Shown here: one piece after another, positions 37,649 through 47,604 of the stretch
How the letters are laid out: each line of letters opens with the position of its first letter
Position numbering within the stretch: position 1 is the first letter of the stretch
Assembly (NCBI GenBank): GCA_900315885.1
Contig: ONAT01000003.1
Coordinates: 14,307-78,306, forward strand
Direction of reading: 5' to 3'
Length of the DNA: 64,000 bases
Source: an uncultured Erysipelotrichaceae bacterium
GTDB lineage: Bacteria; Bacillota_I; Bacilli_A; RFN20; CAG-826
Program-made: the position numbers and the translations under genes
Notes under the pieces: generated by a model
Database searches by the model: none
Told to the model about the DNA's origin: nothing
What the model saw: the letters and a program-made list of their open reading frames with translations, nothing else

Positions 37649-39007
37649 TTACTTCGTTTTCTTCTTTCCTATAATTTTTTGTGTAATCAATGTTTGGCAA
37701 ATTGAGAACAAGGCTGAAATTAACCAGTAAACGCCCATTGCAGATGGTAAGGAAATACCCATAACAATAATCATAACTAACATAATGTTGCTCATCATCT
37801 TAGTTTGCGATTGAGTTTTATCCACTGCTGGGTTCTTGCCCATACGGGAAACGTTCTTAGTTGCTTTCTTTTGCATCCATTGTGGTAATTTCATTGACAC
37901 TAATTGTGTGCCTGACATCAAGAGGAACAACACAATTGCAGTAATACAACTTGTGGATTGGAAGTTAATCATTTCCTTTCCTAAAGAAGCACTTAATTCA
38001 AGACCTAGAACACTATCAGATGATAGAATTGCGGCACCTTGTAAAGCACTCCAAACAGCGATAAATACAGGGAATTGAATAATTAATACAAGTAGTTGTG
38101 AGAATGGATTAATACCATTCTTTTTATATAATTCCATTTGTGCTTGTGCCAAACGTTGTTTTTCGTATTGATTTGAATCAGCATTTGGATACTTCTCTTG
38201 TAATCTTGCTAATTCTGGTTGTAAAGCTGTCATCTTGGTTTGAGCCGCAGTGGATTTGAATGTCACTAACATCATCAAGCCACGAACAATAATTGTAATA
38301 ACAACAATTGCTAATAATTGACCCCAACCATTTGCTCCAAACAAATTAGATAATTGGTGGACCCCCCAAGAAATAGGATAAACAAATAAACCTTCGATTA
38401 ATCCTTTTCCCCATGCGTCGCCCCATGTTTTTGCTTCAACATCAACTTTGCTTCCAGCTGCACCATATTGTCCAGCTTCTGGAGTTATACAAGTTCTATA
38501 TGCTTGTGTTGAATTTTGAAGTGTGTTCTTGTAATAAGTGATAAAGTCAGTAGTTGGTGCTTTCTTAGCATTTTCTTCACTTAATGATGCATAGTCACTA
38601 ACTACTTTATCAAAGTTTTGCCATAAGACTCTGTCGTTAGAAGAAGCAGCAGAATAGTTGTCATCAAGATAAATTACATAACCATATTTAGTAAGTAATT
38701 CATTCTTTGCTTCATCACTAGCTACATCTTCAATTGTCTTTTTTGTTTCGTTATGGGCATTGTATTCTGCTAAAGCAAACTTGACAGTTTCGTTATCAAA
38801 TGTAACCCAGAAATCATTATGTGGAACTTCAGTTGTCTTTTCGGCTTCGGTAATTAAGGCATTTCTATTTTCTACGCTTCCATATGTTGCATACCATTTA
38901 CACGCCACATCTTTGTTTGAACAAAAGTTTGCGGTACAGCCTGTAACAGCAAGCGCTATGAACAAAAATCCTACTAAATATTTAAGCCACTTTTTTATTT
39001 TGTTCAT
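37649..39007 (-). CDS. yidC: Membrane protein insertase YidC/SpoIIIJ lipoprotein with a long N-terminal extracytoplasmic domain
   Basis: 452 aa; lipobox AVTGC at residues 20-24, about 190 polar residues, then the conserved YidC core (...LQPELARLQEKY..., MGVYWLISALF). Confidence 0.88.
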   Translation of the reverse strand: MNKIKKWLKYLVGFLFIALAVTGCTANFCSNKDVACKWYATYGSVENRNALITEAEKTTEVPHNDFWVTFDNETVKFALAEYNAHNETKKTIEDVASDEAKNELLTKYGYVIYLDDNYSAASSNDRVLWQNFDKVVSDYASLSEENAKKAPTTDFITYYKNTLQNSTQAYRTCITPEAGQYGAAGSKVDVEAKTWGDAWGKGLIEGLFVYPISWGVHQLSNLFGANGWGQLLAIVVITIIVRGLMMLVTFKSTAAQTKMTALQPELARLQEKYPNADSNQYEKQRLAQAQMELYKKNGINPFSQLLVLIIQFPVFIAVWSALQGAAILSSDSVLGLELSASLGKEMINFQSTSCITAIVLFLLMSGTQLVSMKLPQWMQKKATKNVSRMGKNPAVDKTQSQTKMMSNIMLVMIIVMGISLPSAMGVYWLISALFSICQTLITQKIIGKKKTK

Positions 39008-39347
39008 CTATTTTCCTCCATACTCTTTTCAGCAATTGCTCAAGAAGATGCAAATTCTCTGAAAATGTGTTTTTTTGATAATTTGAACGGACTATAACAA
39101 TTACATCAATGTTTCTTGATAAGTCCATTGTTTCATGAAGCATATGTCTAACTTGTCTTTTGATTTTATTTCTTGCCACGGCATTGCCGAGTTTCTTTGA
39201 GACCGATATGCCTACACGAGCATTTTCGTTATCACTTAATGTGTAATAAACTACAAATGCATTATTTTTTTCTATGTTCCTGGAGCAAATGATTTTTTGA
39301 AATTCTTCATGATGTTTGACACGATTGTTATTTTTGATCATTTTCAT
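38982..39347 (-). CDS. rnpA: Ribonuclease P protein component
   Basis: 121 aa basic protein with GISVSKKLGNAVARNKIKR (RNR-type motif); between rpmH and yidC. Confidence 0.9.
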   Translation of the reverse strand: MKMIKNNNRVKHHEEFQKIICSRNIEKNNAFVVYYTLSDNENARVGISVSKKLGNAVARNKIKRQVRHMLHETMDLSRNIDVIVIVRSNYQKNTFSENLHLLEQLLKRVWRKIDEQNKKVA

Positions 39348-39364
39348 TAACTCCTTTTTGTTCT

Positions 39365-39395
39365 TAAAAAGCCACTAGATTAAACACTAGTGGCC
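39365..39395 (-). terminator. Hairpin/U-run between rpmH and rnpA (internal attenuator)
   Basis: GCCACTAG-8 nt-CTAGTGGC plus T5 on the minus strand. Confidence 0.7.
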
Positions 39396-39404
39396 AAGTA
39401 AACC

Positions 39405-39539
39405 TTAAGCTGATAAGACTTTTCTACCTTTTGCACGACGTCTTGCTAAGACTTTTCTTCCGTTAGGAGTAGCCATTCTAGCTCTAAATCCGTGAACAGA
39501 TTGTTTTTTTCTTTTACTTGGTTGATACGTTCTTTTCAT
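39405..39539 (-). CDS. rpmH: 50S ribosomal protein L34
   Basis: Below the ORF-track cutoff. Hand translation gives [44 protein letters not shown] (44 aa); GGAGGTG RBS upstream. Confidence 0.93.
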   Translation of the reverse strand: MKRTYQPSKRKKQSVHGFRARMATPNGRKVLARRRAKGRKVLSA

Positions 39540-39580
39540 AATTTAACACCTCCGATTTGAAACAGATATACGCATTGACA

Positions 39581-39609
39581 ATTTTATAGATAAAATCTAT
39601 ATAAGTCAA
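39581..39609 (-). promoter_or_regulatory. Candidate sigma-A promoter of rpmH
   Basis: Minus strand TTGACT - 17 nt - TAAAAT, about 40 nt upstream of the rpmH ATG. Confidence 0.5.
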
Positions 39610-39631
39610 TACTTATATACTTTTTTTCTTT

Positions 39632-39665
39632 TCAAAACAAAAAGCGAAAGAGGTAATTCTTCCGC
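39632..39665 (-). terminator. Terminator after cysE
   Basis: GCGGAAGA-ATTACC-TCTTTCGC (one G-U pair) plus TTTTTGTTTT. Confidence 0.7.
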
Positions 39666-40364
39666 CTATTTTTTCTCTTTTTTGGTAATTATTTGTAATT
39701 CTGGTTTTACCATTGTAACACGAGAATTCGCTGGAATTGATTCAAGTACAAACACATTTGAACCAATCACAACATTTTCATTAACTACCACATTTCCACC
39801 CAAAATCGAAACTCCCGAATAAATTGTAACGTGGTCTTTGATGGTTGGATGACGTTTTGTTCCGCGTAATAATTGTCCTTTAGCAAGTGATAAAGCTCCT
39901 AAAGTTACACCCTGATACATTTTAACATAAGACCCAATTTGAGCGGTTTCACCAATGACAATACCAGTTCCATGATCAATAAAGAATGGTGATTTAATCT
40001 CTGCACCAGGATGAATATCAATCCCTGTTAAACAATGTACTTCCTCATTAATTATGCGAGCCTGAACTTTGTAGCCTAGTTTATATAACTCGTGCGCTAC
40101 ACGATGGTACATAATGGCTTTATAACCTGGATAAGCTATCAATATTTCTTCTTCACTATCCGCTGCAGGATCACTTTCCATATAAAACTTTAAATCTTTC
40201 TTTAAATCTTTTTCAATGTTTGGAAGTTCTGAAATAAATAATTTTGCCTTTTCTTCGTTATTATCAATGCATTTTAGGAACAAATCTTTAACATCAATTT
40301 TTTCTTTCCAAAGTAATTTTTGCTTAATGTTATCAATAAAGGCGATTTCTAATCGTTTGTCCAT
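39666..40364 (-). CDS. cysE: Serine O-acetyltransferase
   Basis: 232 aa; left-handed beta-helix hexapeptides (GIDIHPGA...IDHGTGIVIGETA). Confidence 0.88.
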   Translation of the reverse strand: MDKRLEIAFIDNIKQKLLWKEKIDVKDLFLKCIDNNEEKAKLFISELPNIEKDLKKDLKFYMESDPAADSEEEILIAYPGYKAIMYHRVAHELYKLGYKVQARIINEEVHCLTGIDIHPGAEIKSPFFIDHGTGIVIGETAQIGSYVKMYQGVTLGALSLAKGQLLRGTKRHPTIKDHVTIYSGVSILGGNVVVNENVVIGSNVFVLESIPANSRVTMVKPELQIITKKEKK

Positions 40365-41242
40365 TTATATCTATCTCCTTTATCTGGGAATATAACGACA
40401 ATATTTCCCTCTTTAAGATTATGTTCTTTAATGTAATTTAGTGCACATAATAACGCCGCGCCACTAGAAATACCAATATCTATTTTTTCGATTTCTCTTA
40501 TTGTTTTAGCCATTTCAATACTTGCTTTATCATCAACATCCACAATTTCATCTATGTATTCACGGTGCAATGTTTGAGGGATGAAGTTCGCACCTATTCC
40601 TTGGATTAAGTGTGGGCTTGCTACACCTTTAGTAAGAAGTGGTGATTGACGTGGCTCTACACCAATTATCTTTGTATTTGTTTTATGTTCTTTAAAATAT
40701 CTTCCAAGTCCACTTACTGTTCCACCAGTGCCAAAACCTGCAAATATGTAATCAACTTTGTCTAATTGTTTAGCAATTTCTGGGCCTGTTGTTAAGTAAT
40801 GAGCTAATGGATTATTTTCGTTTTCAAATTGTCCAAAGATAAGAGAATTTGGTGTTTTTTGTTGTAGAGCAATTGCTTCATCTTCACATTGTTTCATTCC
40901 ACCATCGATTAATACTAATTGAGCCCCATATGAAGCGATTTTATCTCGTCTTTCTTTAGACATGCTTTTTGGCATTAAAATTACGGCTTTATAGTCAAAA
41001 ACTTTTTGGAAAAACGCTAACGAGATACCGGTGTTACCAGAAGTAGCTTCAATAACGATTCCGCCTTTAACTAATTTACCTTCTTGTTGATAACCTAATA
41101 GCATTTGATAAACCGCGCGGTCTTTAATTGATCCACTTGGGTTTGTATTTTCAACTTTTCCATAAATTCGGCATGTTGTCTTAAATGTGCTTTCTATATG
41201 TTTTAATTCGATTAATTCAGTGTTTCCCGGGATTACATTCAT
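40349..41242 (-). CDS. cysK: Cysteine synthase A (O-acetylserine sulfhydrylase)
   Basis: 297 aa; PLP-lysine motif NPSGSIKDR, GTGGT loop. Confidence 0.9.
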   Translation of the reverse strand: MNVIPGNTELIELKHIESTFKTTCRIYGKVENTNPSGSIKDRAVYQMLLGYQQEGKLVKGGIVIEATSGNTGISLAFFQKVFDYKAVILMPKSMSKERRDKIASYGAQLVLIDGGMKQCEDEAIALQQKTPNSLIFGQFENENNPLAHYLTTGPEIAKQLDKVDYIFAGFGTGGTVSGLGRYFKEHKTNTKIIGVEPRQSPLLTKGVASPHLIQGIGANFIPQTLHREYIDEIVDVDDKASIEMAKTIREIEKIDIGISSGAALLCALNYIKEHNLKEGNIVVIFPDKGDRYKWTND

Positions 41243-41292
41243 AAAAATTATCTCCTTTTTCTTAATAAAAGATTATTTTTGTGTTCTTATTA

Positions 41293-41502
41293 TAATTCAC
41301 ACAAGTTAAAAAATCTAATAATACACTCTTAAAGTTAGTAATTCACATTTATAACATATTCCACAGTGAATAATTTTATCAACAAAGTTTTCCACATTTT
41401 GAAGTTGTGGAAAGTGTGGAAAGTCGGTAAAAATCGGCTTTTTTAGCATTAAAAATGTGGAAAAATTAACGCAATATGATTTTTTGTTAAAATTTATCAA
41501 CA
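41293..41502. promoter_or_regulatory. DnaA-box cluster upstream of dnaA (oriC part 1)
   Basis: Plus strand: TAATTCACA 41293 and 41339, TATTCCACA 41357, TTATCAACA 41376 and 41494, TTTTCCACA 41388. Minus strand: CTTTCCACA at 41406-41414 and 41415-41423, TTTTCCACA at 41456-41464. Confidence 0.7.
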
Positions 41503-41506
41503 TTTG

Positions 41507-41515
41507 TGATACAAT
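41507..41515 (+). promoter_or_regulatory. Candidate extended -10 element of the dnaA promoter
   Basis: TGaTACAAT, 27 nt upstream of the dnaA ATG, immediately after a DnaA box. Confidence 0.45.
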
Positions 41516-41541
41516 TTTTGTTGTTTGGAGGACGTCTTTTT

Positions 41542-42903
41542 ATGAACGCTACTATTACTGAATTAAAGAATTTGTGGGCTCGAGTGCTAACAAAAATGAA
41601 AGACATAGTTAACGATGATAATATTTACACTACATTCTTCGCTGACTCTACTATATATAAAATAGAAGGAAATAGGCTAACCATCGCTGTTAATTCAAAT
41701 TTTGCTCAATCTATTATTGAAAAGAAATATGGGACTCAACTTGCTATGGTCGTTTCCGAAGTAACTGAATCTAACTTCATTATCGATTACATTACAACAG
41801 ATTCTATTAAAGAGGAAGATGTCCCTGCTGTTACAGAAACTATCAAGCCAAAATTCTTTGAGTACTCGCAAATTAATCCAAATTATACTTTTGAAAACTT
41901 TGTTGTTGGTCCATCAAACATTGAAGCTAAACAAGCTGCTTTAATGATTGCTACTACTCCAGGCAAATTTTATAACCCACTCTTTATTTATTCTAATTCA
42001 GGCTTAGGTAAAACACACTTGCTACATGCAATTGGTAATTACATTAGAAAAAATAATCCTCATTTAAACGTTCTCTACATTACTACCGATAACTTTGTTG
42101 ATGAATATATCAAATTTATTAAAGGTGACCGTGAATCCGACAATTTGAAAGAATTTTTCAAAACAGTTGACGTCTTATTAGTCGATGATATTCAATTCTT
42201 AGCTAATAAAGAGAAGACTCAAGAAATGTTCTTCTATGCTTTCCAATCACTAATTAACGCTAGTAAACAAATTGTCTTAACTAGTGATCGTCAACCATCA
42301 GAATTGAAAGGCTTAGAAGATCGTCTTGTGACAAGATTCTCTTCTGGTTTAAATACAAACATTACGCAACCTGATACTCCAACAAGAATTGCAATTTTAA
42401 AGAAGAAAATCGAAGGCAATGGCTTAGAAATATCTCGTTTTGATGATGATGCTTTAGAGTTCTTTGCTACAAACTTTGGAAACAATGTTAGAGAGCTAGA
42501 AGGTGCATTAAATCGTTTGATTTTCTACACTATCAACATTAAACAATCAAAACATATTGATTTAGCTCTAGCCAAAGAATCAGTATCTTCATTCATAAAA
42601 GTTAAAGATTCGAAAAAGAAATTAGATGAAACTCGTATTATTAATGTTGTCGCCGATTATTATAACTTAACTCCATCTCAATTAACGGGAAAAATAAGAA
42701 CAAGTGAAATATCGATGGCTCGACACATTGCTATATACTTATGTCGTGAAATATTAGATATACCATTTACGAAAATAGGTCAAACATTTGGAGGCAAGGA
42801 TCACTCAACTGTTATGTCCGCGGTAAAAAAAGTGGATAAAGAGTTAAAAACAAACGACCAAATGAAAACTGTTATAAAAGAGCTTAAGAATCGACTTAAA
42901 TAA
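41542..42903 (+). CDS. dnaA: Chromosomal replication initiator DnaA
   Basis: Walker A GLGKTHLL, DDIQFL box, C-terminal DnaA signature (KDHSTVMSAVKKV). ATG 41542 lies 9 nt after GGAGGA; the track start 41506 is discarded. Confidence 0.97.
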   Translation: MNATITELKNLWARVLTKMKDIVNDDNIYTTFFADSTIYKIEGNRLTIAVNSNFAQSIIEKKYGTQLAMVVSEVTESNFIIDYITTDSIKEEDVPAVTETIKPKFFEYSQINPNYTFENFVVGPSNIEAKQAALMIATTPGKFYNPLFIYSNSGLGKTHLLHAIGNYIRKNNPHLNVLYITTDNFVDEYIKFIKGDRESDNLKEFFKTVDVLLVDDIQFLANKEKTQEMFFYAFQSLINASKQIVLTSDRQPSELKGLEDRLVTRFSSGLNTNITQPDTPTRIAILKKKIEGNGLEISRFDDDALEFFATNFGNNVRELEGALNRLIFYTINIKQSKHIDLALAKESVSSFIKVKDSKKKLDETRIINVVADYYNLTPSQLTGKIRTSEISMARHIAIYLCREILDIPFTKIGQTFGGKDHSTVMSAVKKVDKELKTNDQMKTVIKELKNRLK

Positions 42904-42986
42904 AACTTTTACTAGATTTTATAAAAATAACTAACAAATAGCATATTTATTATGTTATAATAAATAAAGTAAAGAGCGGTTAATAA

Positions 42987-43004
42987 TTATCCACATTTTC
43001 CACT
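42987..43004 (+). promoter_or_regulatory. Tandem DnaA boxes in the dnaA-dnaN spacer (oriC part 2)
   Basis: Perfect TTATCCACA (42987-42995) abutting TTTTCCACT (42996-43004); very AT-rich stretch at 42905-42970 upstream. Confidence 0.75.
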
Positions 43005-43051
43005 CTTATAATAACAACAAATATTTCTTATAAATAGGAGGAATAAATAAA

Positions 43052-44173
43052 ATGAAATTTACCATCAATCGAGAACAATTTTTAAAAGGACTAATGATTG
43101 CCGCTAAAGCTATTGGCTCAAAATCACCAATTCCAGTTATGGCTAATGTCAAACTAGAAGTTAGTGACAAAGGGCTAGAGTTAACAGGTAGCAATACAGA
43201 ATTAACAATTGAAACAATTATTCCTTTTAACATAGGAGAAGAAGAAATAATTAGAGATTATAGTTATGGTGCTACTTTAGTGGCTAATAAATTTATTACT
43301 GAAATCGTAAGACGTTTAGAAGGTAAAGAAGTTACATTTGAAATTCTAGATGATACAATTGCTAAAATTAGTGATGGCAAGTCAGACTTCAAATTGAATT
43401 CTGTACGTGCAGAAGAATATCCTGATATTGATATAGCAATGGATGGGGCAATGGTTGAAATGTCTTATGCTAAATTTAAAGAATTAGTAGATCAAACAGC
43501 ATTTGCTGCTTCAACAAAAGACCAAAGACCTATTCTAACAGCCCTTAACATTGAAGCAATTGATGGAGAATTAACCGCTACTGCCACTGATAGTGCTAGA
43601 TTAGCAAAGAAAACAGTTCGCTTAAATGAAAAAATCAGTTTTGCTGCTAACATTCCTGCTACAGTCATGGTTGAAGTTGCACACCTTGTTGATGAAGAAG
43701 CAAACTTAACAATGGCTATAAGTGAAAAGAAAGTTGTATTTAAATTAGGTGGAACATTGATTACAACAAGACTTGTTAATGGTGAATACCCAAATACAAG
43801 ACATATTATTCCTCATGGATTCTCTTATTTCTTAGAAGCAAATTCTCAAGAATTAATCGCCGCAATGGAACGTGTTTCCTTGTTATCAGTAGATCGTGAA
43901 AATGTTGTAAAACTTACTATGACTGAAGACTCTGTTGAAATATCTACGAAGTCCTCACAAATTGGTTCAGCAACTGAAAAATTATCAACTTTCCAATATA
44001 CTGGTGAAAGATTAGAAGTATCATTTAACTCTCTATATGTTATGCAAGCAATTAAAGCTGCTAAATGTGAAGATGTGACAATTGCATTCTTAGGCGAAAT
44101 GAAACCATTTGTCATTAAAAATGTTAAAGATGAATCACATGTTCAATTAGTTACACCAGTAAGAACTTACTAA
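43052..44173 (+). CDS. dnaN: DNA polymerase III beta sliding clamp
   Basis: 373 aa, MKFTINREQFLKGL..., three-domain length; RBS AGGAGGA. Confidence 0.95.
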   Translation: MKFTINREQFLKGLMIAAKAIGSKSPIPVMANVKLEVSDKGLELTGSNTELTIETIIPFNIGEEEIIRDYSYGATLVANKFITEIVRRLEGKEVTFEILDDTIAKISDGKSDFKLNSVRAEEYPDIDIAMDGAMVEMSYAKFKELVDQTAFAASTKDQRPILTALNIEAIDGELTATATDSARLAKKTVRLNEKISFAANIPATVMVEVAHLVDEEANLTMAISEKKVVFKLGGTLITTRLVNGEYPNTRHIIPHGFSYFLEANSQELIAAMERVSLLSVDRENVVKLTMTEDSVEISTKSSQIGSATEKLSTFQYTGERLEVSFNSLYVMQAIKAAKCEDVTIAFLGEMKPFVIKNVKDESHVQLVTPVRTY

Positions 44174-44181
44174 GATAAATT

Positions 44182-44204
44182 GAGTCATTAATTGACTCTT
44201 TTTA
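44182..44204 (+). terminator. Terminator after dnaN
   Basis: GAGTCA-5 nt-TGACTC plus T5. Confidence 0.65.
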
Positions 44205-44218
44205 TTTGCAAAATTCAA

Positions 44219-44230
44219 ATATCGCGATAT
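44219..44230. repeat. 12-bp palindrome ATATCGCGATAT followed by direct repeat TAAGACA-TTT-TAAGACA
   Basis: Located between two hairpin/U-run structures in the dnaN-yaaA spacer. Confidence 0.85.
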
Positions 44231-44262
44231 AAGACATTTTAAGACACGAAAGGCTTTTTTAA

Positions 44263-44290
44263 AGGAATATATTATATATTCCTTTTTTTG
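44263..44290 (+). terminator. Second hairpin/U-run in the dnaN-yaaA spacer
   Basis: AGGAATATAT..ATATATTCCT plus T7. Confidence 0.65.
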
Positions 44291-44341
44291 CTTAAACGTG
44301 CTATAATTATATTGCGTAATTTTGAAAGGGTTATAAAACTT

Positions 44342-44550
44342 ATGAAACAAATAAAAATTTCCACAGAATTTGTTACTTTAGGAAAATTCTTAAAACTAGC
44401 TAATTTGATTCAAACAGGCGGAGAAGCTAAATTTTATTTGAAAGAAAATAAAGTAGTTGTGGATGGTGAAGAAGATAATCGTCGTGGACGTAAATTATAT
44501 TCCGGAAACATTGTGGAAGTAGAAAACCAAACTTTTGAAATTGTTAAAAA

Positions 44551-44554
<4 letters not shown>
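44342..44554 (+). CDS. yaaA: S4-domain RNA-binding protein YaaA
   Basis: 70 aa MKQIKISTEFVTLGKFLKLANLIQTGGEAKFYL...; between dnaN and recF as in Bacillus. Confidence 0.8.
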
Positions 44555-47587
<3,033 letters not shown>

Positions 47588-47604
47588 AAAGGAGTGGAAC
47601 TTAA

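Noticed and set aside
41315-41503. 62-aa minus-strand ORF between cysK and dnaA
   Set aside because: It lies entirely within the DnaA-box cluster and dnaA promoter region, has no RBS, and has odd composition. It is most likely non-coding origin DNA.
43006-43233. 75-aa minus-strand ORF overlapping the dnaN start
   Set aside because: It is antisense to dnaN and the dnaN RBS, with no support.
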